NCBI GenBank assembly: GCA_028279445.1
Contig: JANQNT010000011.1
Location: 1,826 to 65,825 of the forward strand
DNA: 64,000 nucleotides
Direction: 5' to 3'
From: Tepidamorphaceae bacterium
Lineage (GTDB): Bacteria > Pseudomonadota > Alphaproteobacteria > Rhizobiales > Tepidamorphaceae
This document shows, piece after piece, positions 1-9,190 of this stretch (position 1 is the first letter of the stretch; each line of letters begins with the position of its first letter). The notes beneath the pieces are model-generated. The model was not told the origin of the DNA, did not search any database, and worked only from the letters and a program-made list of their open reading frames with translations. The position numbers were made by a program, and so were the translations under genes.

Positions 1-1151
1 CGCTGCTGACCCTGCCGCTGTTCGTCTACATGGGCTACATGCTGTCGGAATCGCGCATCGCCGACGACCTCTACAAGATGTTCCACGTCTGGTTCGGCAA
101 CGTGAAGGGCGGGCTCGCCATCGGCACCATCTTCCTGATGGTGGTGATTTCGGCGATGAACGGGCTCTCCGTCGCGGGCATGGCCATCGGCGCTACCATC
201 GCGCTGCCGGAACTGCTGCGGCGCGGCTACGACAAGGTGATGGTCACCGGCGTCATCCAGGCGGGCAGTTCGCTCGGCATCCTGGTGCCGCCGAGCGTGG
301 TGCTGGTGCTCTATGGCATGATCGCGCGCGAACCGGTCGGGCAGTTGTGGCTGGCGGGCGCCATTCCCGGATTGATGATGGCCAGCCTGTTCGTCATCTA
401 CATCTACGTGCGCTGCCGGTTGCAGCCGCATCTGGGCCCGACCCTGCCGAAAGAGGAAATCGACGTCCCGTTCGCCGAGAAGCTGCGCCTGCTGCGGGCT
501 GGCATCATCCCGTTCCTGATCTTCTTCTTCATGACGGGGCTGTTCGTCACCGGCTACACCAGCCTGGTGGAAAGCTCCGCCGTCGGCGCGACGGCGGCGA
601 CGCTGGCCGCGCTGTTCAAGCGCCGGCTGTCGCTGCAACTGATGCACACCGTCGCCAAGAAGACGCTCGGCGTCTCCTGCATGTTCCTGTGGATCATCCT
701 GTCGGCGCTGGCCTTCGGCGCAGTGTTCGACGGCATCGGTGCGGTCAAGGCGATTGAATCCCTGTTCATCACCCGCTGGGAGCTGACCCCCTGGCAGGTG
801 CTGATCATGATGCAACTGTCCTATCTGGTGATGGGCATGTTCCTCGACGACACCGCCATGCTGGTGATCGTCGCACCGCTCTATGTGCCGCTGGTGGTGG
901 CGCTCGGCTTCGATCCGATCTGGTACGGCGTGCTTTACACGATCACCTGCCAGATCGCCTACATGACCCCGCCGTTTGGCTACAATTTGTTCCTCATGCG
1001 CGCCATGGCGCCGCCTGAGGTATCGCTCATGGACATTTATCGATCCATCATCCCCTTCGTCATGGTGATGACCTTTGGATTGATACTTGTGGCTGTCTTT
1101 CCGCAGATTGCCCTGTGGCTGCCGCACTATGTCTACGGCATCACGCCGTGA
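1..1151 (+). CDS. TRAP transporter large permease subunit (DctM family), 5' end outside window
   Basis: Frame is open from base 3 (LLTLPLFVY precedes first Met at 30). Very hydrophobic polytopic product with DctM-like stretches (IQAGSSLGILVPPS, AYMTPPFGYNLF). Next gene is a DctP-type binding protein. Confidence 0.85.
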   Translation, partial: LLTLPLFVYMGYMLSESRIADDLYKMFHVWFGNVKGGLAIGTIFLMVVISAMNGLSVAGMAIGATIALPELLRRGYDKVMVTGVIQAGSSLGILVPPSVVLVLYGMIAREPVGQLWLAGAIPGLMMASLFVIYIYVRCRLQPHLGPTLPKEEIDVPFAEKLRLLRAGIIPFLIFFFMTGLFVTGYTSLVESSAVGATAATLAALFKRRLSLQLMHTVAKKTLGVSCMFLWIILSALAFGAVFDGIGAVKAIESLFITRWELTPWQVLIMMQLSYLVMGMFLDDTAMLVIVAPLYVPLVVALGFDPIWYGVLYTITCQIAYMTPPFGYNLFLMRAMAPPEVSLMDIYRSIIPFVMVMTFGLILVAVFPQIALWLPHYVYGITP

Positions 1152-1214
1152 CACATCAGGCACAGGCGCGCGCGGGAGGCGGCAAACAATAACCCGGAGA
1201 AACAGGAGCAGGTG

Positions 1215-2309
1215 ATGACTAAGAAACCCGACAAGACGCTGATAACCGGCGCTGAGAAACCTAGCCGGCGCAGGTTCCTCAAGACCGCCGGTGCCGGCGG
1301 CGCGGCTGTTGCCGCATCGACGCTCGCCGCGCCGGCGGTGCTGTCGCAGTCTGCGCCCATCAAATGGCGGCTGCAGACCTATTCGGGCGCCCCGCTTGGC
1401 GCGCACGTGATCAAGCCGCAGATCGAGGCGTTCAACAAGGCAGCCAACGGCGAGATGGAAATCGAGCTGTTCTATGCCGATCAGCTCGTGCCGACCTCGG
1501 AGCTGTTCCGCGCGCTGCAGAACGGCACCATCGACGCGGTGCAATCGGACGATGCCACCATGGCCTCGCCGGTCGATATCTCCGTGTTCGGCGGCTACTT
1601 CCCGTTCTCGACCCGCTACAGCCTCGATCTGCCGGTGCTGTTCAACTACTACGGGCTGAACGAGATCTGGGCGGAAGCCTATGGCGAGGTCGAGGGCGTG
1701 GAGTGGATTTCCGCCGGTGCGTGGGATCCGCTGCACATCTTCACCAAGGAGCCGATCCGCTCGCTCGCCGACATGAAGGGCAAGCGCGTCTTCGGCGTGC
1801 CGACCGCCGGGCGTTTCCTGTCGCGCTACGGGCTGATCCCGGTGACGGTGCCGTGGGACGATGTTGAGGTGGCGATCCAGACCGGCCAGCTCGACGGTGT
1901 CGCCTGGTGCGGCTTCACCGAGGCCTACGAGGTGGGTTGGGCGGATGTGTGCAACTACGCGCTGCTCAACAACGTCACCGGCGCGTGGTGCGGTTCCTAC
2001 TTCGCCAACACCGACAGTTGGAACAAGGTGCCACCGCATCTTCAGGAGCTGTTCAAGATCACCATCGACCAGTCGCACTACTACCGGCAGGTCTGGTACT
2101 GGGGTGGCGAGGCGAAGCTGCGCGTGGAAGGCGACAAGATGGAGCTGACCGAGATCCCGGCCGAGGAATGGAACACCGTCGTCAAGGACGCCGAGGAGTT
2201 CTGGGCCGAGGTGGCCGGGTCTTCGGAGCGCGCCGGCCGTGTCGTGCAGATCTTCAAGGACTACACGGCGGTGATGGAAAAGGTGGGCGTGCCCTACCGC
2301 TATTCCTGA
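1215..2309 (+). CDS. TRAP transporter solute-binding protein (DctP family) with twin-arginine leader
   Basis: AGGAG at 1204-1208, 6 nt before ATG 1215 (GTG 1212 also possible). N-terminus SRRRFLKTAGAGGAAVAASTLAAPAVLS. Adjacent to DctM. Confidence 0.8.
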   Translation: MTKKPDKTLITGAEKPSRRRFLKTAGAGGAAVAASTLAAPAVLSQSAPIKWRLQTYSGAPLGAHVIKPQIEAFNKAANGEMEIELFYADQLVPTSELFRALQNGTIDAVQSDDATMASPVDISVFGGYFPFSTRYSLDLPVLFNYYGLNEIWAEAYGEVEGVEWISAGAWDPLHIFTKEPIRSLADMKGKRVFGVPTAGRFLSRYGLIPVTVPWDDVEVAIQTGQLDGVAWCGFTEAYEVGWADVCNYALLNNVTGAWCGSYFANTDSWNKVPPHLQELFKITIDQSHYYRQVWYWGGEAKLRVEGDKMELTEIPAEEWNTVVKDAEEFWAEVAGSSERAGRVVQIFKDYTAVMEKVGVPYRYS

Positions 2310-2328
2310 TCGGTTACGATGTCACCGG

Positions 2329-2350
2329 CCGGGGCGGCTCGCCGCCCCGG
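2329..2350 (+). terminator. GC-rich stem-loop after the binding-protein gene (terminator-like, no U-run)
   Basis: ccggggcgg-ctcg-ccgccccgg: perfect 9-bp stem with 4-nt loop, 20 nt after the stop codon. Confidence 0.35.
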
Positions 2351-2436
2351 TCATCGACCGGGTTGCCGGGCGCTGGCCGACAGGTCGCGCCCGCTTCCCT
2401 TTCTGACAATTCAATTCTTGCGGACGGGCGTGAGCG

Positions 2437-3804
2437 ATGGCCGGCAAACTGACATTCGAGGAACTGCGTGCGCGTGTGCAGGCGGGTGAGATCGATACCG
2501 TGATCGCCGCCCAGGTGGACATGCAGGGCCGGCTGATGGGCAAGCGCTTCCACGCCGAGTTCTTCATCGACGGGGCTTACGAGGAGACCCACTCCTGCAA
2601 CTACCTGCAGGCCACCGACATGGAGATGTACACCGTCGACGGCTATGCGGCGACGAGCTGGTCGGCGGGCTATGGCGACTACGTCATGAAGCCCGACCTC
2701 GACACGCTGCGGCTGACGCCATGGCTGGAGGGCACCGCGCTGGTGCTGTGCGACGTGCTCGACCATCACAGCCACAAGGACGTGCCGCACTCACCGCGTG
2801 CGGTGCTGAAGGCCCAGATCGCGCGGCTGACGGCGATGGGGCTGAAGGCCATGACGGCCTCGGAGCTTGAGTTCTTCCTGTTCAAGGAGAGTTTCGAGGA
2901 GGCCCAGGACAAGGGTCACGCCAACCTCACCCCGATCAGCGCCTACAACGAGGACTACCACATCTTCCAGACCACCAAGGAAGAGGGCGTGATGCGGGCG
3001 ATCCGCAACGGTCTGAACGGCGCCGACATTCCGGTGGAGAATTCCAAGGGCGAGGCGGATGCCGGCCAGGAAGAGATCAACGTGCGCTACTGCGACGCGC
3101 TGACCATGGCCGACCGGCATTCGATCATCAAGAACGCCTGCAAGGAGATCGCCTGGCAGCAGGGCCATGCGGTCAGCTTCATGGCCAAGTGGCACACGGA
3201 TTTCGCCGGCAATTCGGCGCACATCCACCAGTCGCTGGTGGACAGCGACGGGGAGCCGGCGTTCCACCATGCCACCTCCGAGCACGGCATGTCCGGGACC
3301 ATGCGGCACTACCTCGCCGGCTTGCTGCACCACGCCAGCGAGATCACATACTTCCTGGCACCCTACATCAACTCCTACAAGCGCTTCGCGGCGGGCACCT
3401 TTGCGCCGACCAAGGCGATCTGGTCGATGGACAACCGCACCGCCGGCTACCGCGTGGTCGGGGCGGATACCAAGGCGGTTCGCATCGAGTGCCGCGTCGG
3501 TGGCGCCGACCTGAACCCGTATCTGGCTTTTGCTGCGATGATCGCGGCGGGCATCGACGGCATCGAGAACAAGCGCGAGCTGGAACCGGCCTTCGTCGGC
3601 GATGCCTATGGCGACGCCGACATCCGCGAGATTCCGAAGACCCTGCGCGCTGCCACCGAGGCGCTGGACGGGTCCGCCATGCTGCGCAAGGCGTTCGGCG
3701 ATGATGTCATTGACCATTATCTGCACTGCGCGCGCTGGGAACAGGAGGAGGCGGACCGCTGCGTCACCGACTGGGACCGCGGTCGCGGCTTCGAGAGGGC
3801 GTAA
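2437..3804 (+). CDS. Glutamine synthetase family protein (gamma-glutamyl-amine synthetase, PuuA/GlnT-like)
   Basis: 455 aa with GS catalytic-domain stretches (KGEADAGQEEIN, NSAHIHQSL, APYINSYKRF, NRTAGYRV, RIECRVGGADLNPYLAFAAMIAAG). Confidence 0.85.
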   Translation: MAGKLTFEELRARVQAGEIDTVIAAQVDMQGRLMGKRFHAEFFIDGAYEETHSCNYLQATDMEMYTVDGYAATSWSAGYGDYVMKPDLDTLRLTPWLEGTALVLCDVLDHHSHKDVPHSPRAVLKAQIARLTAMGLKAMTASELEFFLFKESFEEAQDKGHANLTPISAYNEDYHIFQTTKEEGVMRAIRNGLNGADIPVENSKGEADAGQEEINVRYCDALTMADRHSIIKNACKEIAWQQGHAVSFMAKWHTDFAGNSAHIHQSLVDSDGEPAFHHATSEHGMSGTMRHYLAGLLHHASEITYFLAPYINSYKRFAAGTFAPTKAIWSMDNRTAGYRVVGADTKAVRIECRVGGADLNPYLAFAAMIAAGIDGIENKRELEPAFVGDAYGDADIREIPKTLRAATEALDGSAMLRKAFGDDVIDHYLHCARWEQEEADRCVTDWDRGRGFERA

Positions 3805-3812
3805 GAACCATT

Positions 3813-3847
3813 AGTAACTATTGACTGAAACTATAACTATAGTTACT
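3813..3847. promoter_or_regulatory. AT-rich repeat/palindrome block upstream of the TA cassette (candidate operator/promoter)
   Basis: AACTAT hexamer at 3816, 3829 and 3835. 12-bp perfect palindrome taactatagtta at 3834-3845. 9-bp inverted pair agtaactat (3813) / atagttact (3839). TTGACT at 3822. Confidence 0.4.
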
Positions 3848-3875
3848 TTTGTCATATCGACGAAAGGAGCTTGTC

Positions 3876-4298
3876 ATGCCGACCGCACCCGCAACCTCGA
3901 AATATGCGCCGCTGCAACGTCACCTTGAGAGCCTTGGATTGAAGAACATCCCGATGACATTTGCCGAGATCGAGAGGGTCGTCGGGGCGAAGCTGCCGGC
4001 GTCGGCGCGCAAGCATCGCCCGTGGTGGAGTAACAACCCTTCCAACAGCGTTATCACCCATGCCTGGCGCAACGCCGGATACAGGACGGCGCAGGTGGAC
4101 ATGGCCGGTGAGACGCTGGTGTTCGAGAAGGCATCCGACAAGGGAACTGATCCGAACGGCGCGCAGACATCCGAGAAGAAAGAACACCCGATCTTCGGAT
4201 TCATGAAGGGCACGGTGACGATCCCTCCGGGCGTCGATCTGACCGAGCCGGCCGATCCGGACTGGGGCAAGGTCTATGACGACGATCCGGATCAGTGA
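3876..4298 (+). CDS. Putative antitoxin of the downstream PIN toxin (two-part protein)
   Basis: AAGGAG at 3864-3869 before ATG 3876. Stop lies 3 nt before the vapC ATG. C-terminal tail HPIFGFMKGTVTIPPGVDLTEPADPDWGKVYDDD resembles the toxin-binding tails of antitoxins paired with this PIN subfamily. The N-terminal 90 aa form a different globular module (KYAPLQRHL...FAEIERVVGAKLPASARKHRPWWSN). Confidence 0.6.
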   Translation: MPTAPATSKYAPLQRHLESLGLKNIPMTFAEIERVVGAKLPASARKHRPWWSNNPSNSVITHAWRNAGYRTAQVDMAGETLVFEKASDKGTDPNGAQTSEKKEHPIFGFMKGTVTIPPGVDLTEPADPDWGKVYDDDPDQ

Positions 4299-4301
4299 GT
4301 C

Positions 4302-4715
4302 ATGGCCGAATTGCTGCTCGACACGTGCGCACTGGTGTGGCTTGGCAACAACGAGCCGCTCGATGCCGGCGCACGCCAGGAGATCGCTTTGGCCGCTGGT
4401 GGCTCTGGCGAGGTGTTTGTATCGCCCATTTCCGCTTGGGAGATAGGCATGCTTGTTTCCAAGAGCAGGCTGGCGATCGCGGCGACGCCCGATGCGTTCT
4501 TTGAGGCCGCGCTTGCCTTGCCGGGGGTTTTATCCGTGCCTCTGACGCCGGCGCCGCTCATCGCTTCGTCCTTTCTTCCCGGCGTTCCGCCGCGTGACCC
4601 CACAGACCGGATATTTATCGCCACCGCGCGTGAACACGACCTGCGCATCGTCACCCGCGACCGCGCCATCCTCGCCTATGGCGCGGCCGGTCACGTCAAA
4701 ACCCTTGCTTGCTGA
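4302..4715 (+). CDS. vapC: Type II toxin, PIN-domain ribonuclease (VapC family)
   Basis: 137 aa. LLLDTCALVW (acidic residue 1), SAWEIG, RDPTDRIFIATA, IVTRDRAIL: PIN acidic-residue pattern. Confidence 0.85.
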   Translation: MAELLLDTCALVWLGNNEPLDAGARQEIALAAGGSGEVFVSPISAWEIGMLVSKSRLAIAATPDAFFEAALALPGVLSVPLTPAPLIASSFLPGVPPRDPTDRIFIATAREHDLRIVTRDRAILAYGAAGHVKTLAC

Positions 4716-6110
4716 GTGAACACCACCATGCCGACCCTGACCTGCATCTCCCCCATCGACGGCAGCGTCTATGCCGAGCGTCAAACCCAAGAGCTCGCCG
4801 AGATCGAGGCGCTGCTGGCCAAAGCGCGTGAGGCGCAGGACGCCTGGAAGCGGCGGCCGCTGGCTGAGCGCGTGGCTGTTGTCGAAAAGGCGGTTGCCGC
4901 GCTCGAAGGCCTCAATCAGGACGTCGTCGTGGAGCTTGCCCATCAGATGGGCCGGCCGGTGCGCTATGGCGGGGAGATCGGCGGCGTCAAGGAACGCGCC
5001 GCCTACATGGCCTCGATCGCCGACGATGCGCTGGCACCCGTGGTGCAGGAGGATAGCGACGCCTTCCGCCGTTATCTGGCACGCGAGCCGGTCGGCATCG
5101 TCTTCGTCATCGCGCCGTGGAACTACCCCTACATGACGGCGATCAACACCATCGTGCCGGCGCTGATCGCCGGCAACGCGGTGGCGCTGAAACACGCCAC
5201 ACAGACGCTTGTGGTGGGCGAGCGCCTGGAGCAGGCATTCCGCATGGGCGGGCTGCCGGAGGGACTGTTCGTCAACCTGCGGCTGACCCACGACATGACG
5301 TCGGAGCTGATCGGCGCGCGGCAGTTCGGCTTCGTCAACTTCACCGGCTCGGTCAATGGCGGCAAGGCGATCGAGCGCGCGGCGGCAGGCACCTTCACCG
5401 GCGTCGGTCTGGAACTGGGTGGCAAGGACCCCGGTTACGTGCGCACCGACGCCAATCTGAATGCTGCCGTCGACACGCTGATGGACGGGGCGATGTACAA
5501 CGCCGGCCAGTGCTGCTGCGGCATCGAGCGCATCTACGTGCACGACAGTCTGTTCGATGCCTTCGTGGAGAAATCCAAGGCGCTGGTGGAGACCTATCAA
5601 CTCGGCAATCCGCTGGAGGAGGCGACAACGCTCGGGCCGATGGCCCATGTGCGCTTCGCCGACGAGGTGCGCGCGCAGGTCTCCGAGGCGGTTGCGGCCG
5701 GCGCGAAACAGATCGTCGACCAGGCGAAGTTCCCCGCGCAAGCCAAGGGAGCCGCCTATCTTGCACCGCAGATTCTGGTGGATGTGGACCATTCCATGCG
5801 GGTGATGAAGGACGAGAGTTTTGGCCCCGTCGTCGGCATCATACCGGTGAAGGACGATGACGAGGCAATCGGCCTGATGAACGACTCACAGTTCGGTCTG
5901 ACCGCCTCGATCTGGACCCAGGATGCCGATGCGGTCGCCGCGATCGGCGCGGAGATTGAGACCGGCACGGTGTTCATGAACCGGGCCGACTATCTCGACC
6001 CGGCGCTGTGCTGGACCGGCTGCAAGGATACAGGGCGCGGCGCCTCGCTGTCGGTGCTTGGATTCCACAGCGTCACCCGGCCGAAGTCCTACCACCTCAA
6101 GAAGCACTGA
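4716..6110 (+). CDS. NAD(P)-dependent aldehyde dehydrogenase
   Basis: 464 aa. FTGSVNGGKAI, ELGGKDP, NAGQCCCGIERIYV (catalytic Cys region), ESFGPV. Start is either GTG 4716 or ATG 4728. Confidence 0.9.
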   Translation: MNTTMPTLTCISPIDGSVYAERQTQELAEIEALLAKAREAQDAWKRRPLAERVAVVEKAVAALEGLNQDVVVELAHQMGRPVRYGGEIGGVKERAAYMASIADDALAPVVQEDSDAFRRYLAREPVGIVFVIAPWNYPYMTAINTIVPALIAGNAVALKHATQTLVVGERLEQAFRMGGLPEGLFVNLRLTHDMTSELIGARQFGFVNFTGSVNGGKAIERAAAGTFTGVGLELGGKDPGYVRTDANLNAAVDTLMDGAMYNAGQCCCGIERIYVHDSLFDAFVEKSKALVETYQLGNPLEEATTLGPMAHVRFADEVRAQVSEAVAAGAKQIVDQAKFPAQAKGAAYLAPQILVDVDHSMRVMKDESFGPVVGIIPVKDDDEAIGLMNDSQFGLTASIWTQDADAVAAIGAEIETGTVFMNRADYLDPALCWTGCKDTGRGASLSVLGFHSVTRPKSYHLKKH

Positions 6111-6156
6111 TTGCCCGATCCACCGGGGTTCTGACCCCAAGAAGAGCGAAACCGCC

Positions 6157-7320
6157 ATGTCCGTACCAACCGTCAACTGGAGCTACCCGACCGCCATCCG
6201 TTTCGGTGCCGGGCGCATCGTCGAGCTTGCCGAGGCCTGCCAGGCCGCCGGCATCTCGAAGCCGCTGTTCGTCACCGATGCCGGCCTGGCGAGCCTGCCG
6301 GTCACCGGGAACGCGCTCGGCATCCTGAAAGACGCTGGCCTTGAGGCGCGCGTCTTCGCCGAGGTGCAGTCGAACCCGACCGACGCCAATCTGGAGGCCG
6401 GTGTGGCTGCCTATCGCGCCGGGGGACACGACGGCGTCGTCGCCTTTGGCGGGGGATCGGGTCTCGATCTCGGCAAGCTGCTCGCCTTCATGCCGGGCCA
6501 GACGCGCCCGGTTTGGGATTTCGAGGATGTCGGCGACTGGTGGACGCGCGCCGACGCTGACGCCATCGATCCCATCATCGCTGTGCCCACCACGGCGGGC
6601 ACCGGCTCGGAGGTCGGCCGCGCGTCGGTGATCACCAATGTGGCGACCCACACCAAGAAGGTCATCTTCCATCCCAAACTGCTGCCGCAGATCGTGATTG
6701 CCGATCCGGAACTGACCGTGGGCATGCCGAAGGTGATTACCGTGGGCACCGGCATGGACGCGTTGGCGCACTGCCTGGAGGCCTATTGCGCGCCCGGCTA
6801 TCACCCGATGTCGGAGGGCATTGCGCTGGAAGGCATGCGGCTGGTGAAGGAGAACCTGCCGCGGGTTGCCGCCGATCCGAACGATCTGGAGGCACGTGCG
6901 CATATGCTCTCGGCGGCGATGATGGGCGCGGTGGCGTTCCAGAAGGGGCTTGGCGGCATCCATGCCCTGTCGCACCCGGTCGGCGCGATCTACGACACCC
7001 ACCACGGCATGACCAACGCGGTGTTCATGCCCTATGTGCTGGCGGCGAACCGGTCGGCTATCACCGAGCGCCTGGACCGCCTGGCCGCTTTTCTCGGACT
7101 GCCCGGCGGCTTCAAGGGCGTGCTCGACTGGGTGGTCGATCTGCGAGCTGAACTCGGCGTGCCGAACACGCTTGGCGCGTTCGGCATCGGTGATGAGCGC
7201 TTCGAGGAAATCGCCGAGATGTCGCTGAACGATCCCACCGCCGGGGGCAATCCGATCCCGATGACGAAGGACGGGTCGCTCGCCATGCTGGCGGCGACGC
7301 GCGACGGCACGCTTGCCTGA
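6157..7320 (+). CDS. Iron-containing (group III) alcohol dehydrogenase
   Basis: ATG 6157 gives MSVPTVNWSYPTAIRFGAG, a typical Fe-ADH N-terminus. GGGSGLDLGK, PTTAGTGSE, GIHALSHPVGAIYDTHHG metal-site motifs. The 6058 start in the ORF track overlaps the ALDH gene. Confidence 0.9.
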   Translation: MSVPTVNWSYPTAIRFGAGRIVELAEACQAAGISKPLFVTDAGLASLPVTGNALGILKDAGLEARVFAEVQSNPTDANLEAGVAAYRAGGHDGVVAFGGGSGLDLGKLLAFMPGQTRPVWDFEDVGDWWTRADADAIDPIIAVPTTAGTGSEVGRASVITNVATHTKKVIFHPKLLPQIVIADPELTVGMPKVITVGTGMDALAHCLEAYCAPGYHPMSEGIALEGMRLVKENLPRVAADPNDLEARAHMLSAAMMGAVAFQKGLGGIHALSHPVGAIYDTHHGMTNAVFMPYVLAANRSAITERLDRLAAFLGLPGGFKGVLDWVVDLRAELGVPNTLGAFGIGDERFEEIAEMSLNDPTAGGNPIPMTKDGSLAMLAATRDGTLA

Positions 7321-7753
7321 GGAGCGGTCTGCGAGGGGCGCGAATCGGTGTTGTGAGTCGCGAATCGCGACGCTAACCCAAAACTGAACCGAAAATTGCC
7401 ATCGGGACACCGTGCGCTAGGCGGGTGGCTACGTATTCGTTGTGCCGCCTGCCGGTTGCTCGTCAAACCGGTTCAGGCGCATTTTATGCCTATTTTATAA
7501 TCATATGAATTTTGGATATGCAGTTTTGCTGTGGTAGTCACCCCTATATCGACCAAATTCACAAAATTGCATATTTATAAGGCGTATTTGCTGTTTTACT
7601 GACCAATTGAAACCGCATAAATAATTGAGTTTTTTGCCGTAATGTGATGCGTTGACCCCTTCGGCGTCGGCTCGCAGTGGCTGGGGCTTGCGCCAAATCA
7701 AAAACAAATCGGATGCGAGCTTAAACCGCATCTAAACCAAAGGGAGGGAGTCG

Positions 7754-9178
7754 ATGGACACCGATATCGGTGCGCTCATGGTCATCTTCACCGAGTTCTA
7801 CTACTGGGTGACGGTGCCCTTGATGTTCCTGATCCATGTGGGCTTTTGCATGTATGAGGTGGGCGCTTCACGTTACAAGAACCACCTCCACACGCTGATG
7901 AAGAACACGATGCTGATGCCGCTCGTGACCATCACGTTCTTCTTCTTCGGCTGGTGGATCTATTTCGCGTTTCCCAACGGCCCGGGCATCACCGGCGGTC
8001 TCAACGACGTCGTCAACGCCAAGCCGTGGGCGGAGCTGATGGGCACCCATATGGGCGGCCCCGGCGTCAACGATCCCGACGACCCGGTGCTCGGCAACGC
8101 AGGCTGGGCGCGGCTCAACGGCGTCTTCTGGGCAGCCTTCCTGCTGTTCTCGTGGACCGCGGCCTCGATCGTCTCGGGCGCGGTCATCGAGCGCATCCGC
8201 CCGACCGCCTTCTGGATCATCGCGGTCCTGGTCGGGTCGTGCACCTGGATCATCGACGCGGCCTGGGGCTGGCATCCGGACGGATGGATGGTCACCCAGC
8301 TTGGCTACCACGATGCCTACGCTTCCGGCGTCATCCATGCGATTGCGGGCGGCGCGGCGCTCGGCGTGCTCATTCCGCTGGGGCCGCGCATCGGCAAGTT
8401 CGCGGAAGACGGCACGCCGCGCAACATCGCGCCGCACAACAAGTGGCTGGTCACCATCGGCCTGTTCCTGATCTACACGGGCTTCTGGGGCTTCTATGTC
8501 GCGTGCAATGTGCCGATCATCGACCACGGGACAATCGGCGGCGCCGAGGGCGTGGTGAACTTCACCGCAACGACGATCTACCTGACGCCCACCACGCTGT
8601 CGGCGATTGTGTTCAACTTCCTGATGTCGCTGTCGGGCGGGCTGATCGCCGGATACGTGGTGTCGCGCGGTGATTCCTTCTGGACCTACTCCGCGGGACT
8701 TGCCGGCGTCATCACCGCATCGGCGGGCAACGACCTGTATCACCCGATCCAGGCGATGCTGATCGGCGCGGTCGGCGCGGTGTGCGCCTACAAGCTGCAC
8801 TACTGGGTCGAGCGCACCTTCAAGGTCGACGATGCGGTCGGCGCGGTCGCCGTGCACGGCTATGCCGGCTTTATCGGCCTGGTGATCTGCGGCTTCATGC
8901 TGTGGGGCCATCCGGCCACCGCCGGCTATCACGCCGAAGTGGCGGTGATCACGCCGTGGGGCCAGTTCCTTGGCGCCTGCATCATGTTCATCGTGCTCGG
9001 CTTCATCCCGGCCTTCGTGCTGGCGATGATCATGAAGGGGATGGGAATCCTGCGCGTGCCGCCGGCCGTCGAACTGGTCGGTCTCGACCTGAGCGAGGAC
9101 ATCGCCGCGGAGATGGATGCCCATTCCATTTCGGAAGCCGATATCGCCGAAGCCAAACGGCTCGGCCTGCTGGCATAA
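7754..9178 (+). CDS. Ammonium (Amt/MEP family) transporter, divergent
   Basis: 474 aa, about 11 TM segments. GGGAGGGAG RBS. Twin-His contexts GVIHAIAGGAALG and AVAVHGYAGFIGL. Preceded by about 430 bp of AT-rich DNA. Confidence 0.8.
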   Translation: MDTDIGALMVIFTEFYYWVTVPLMFLIHVGFCMYEVGASRYKNHLHTLMKNTMLMPLVTITFFFFGWWIYFAFPNGPGITGGLNDVVNAKPWAELMGTHMGGPGVNDPDDPVLGNAGWARLNGVFWAAFLLFSWTAASIVSGAVIERIRPTAFWIIAVLVGSCTWIIDAAWGWHPDGWMVTQLGYHDAYASGVIHAIAGGAALGVLIPLGPRIGKFAEDGTPRNIAPHNKWLVTIGLFLIYTGFWGFYVACNVPIIDHGTIGGAEGVVNFTATTIYLTPTTLSAIVFNFLMSLSGGLIAGYVVSRGDSFWTYSAGLAGVITASAGNDLYHPIQAMLIGAVGAVCAYKLHYWVERTFKVDDAVGAVAVHGYAGFIGLVICGFMLWGHPATAGYHAEVAVITPWGQFLGACIMFIVLGFIPAFVLAMIMKGMGILRVPPAVELVGLDLSEDIAAEMDAHSISEADIAEAKRLGLLA

Positions 9179-9190
9179 GGGAGGACGATC

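Noticed and set aside
6058-6156. Upstream in-frame start (6058) for the alcohol dehydrogenase.
   Set aside because: It would overlap the ALDH gene by 53 nt and add a Ser/Thr/Arg/Pro-rich extension. ATG 6157 gives a canonical Fe-ADH N-terminus.
7513-7531. Possible sigma-54 promoter (ttggatatgcagttttgct) upstream of the Amt gene.
   Set aside because: The GG-to-GC spacing is two nucleotides longer than in the TGGCAC-N5-TTGCW consensus, so it does not fit.
7501-7731. 76-aa minus-strand ORF in the AT-rich region upstream of the Amt gene.
   Set aside because: It lies in a region that looks like promoter/leader DNA. There is no RBS, the composition is odd and nothing is recognisable. More likely a chance ORF in AT-rich sequence.
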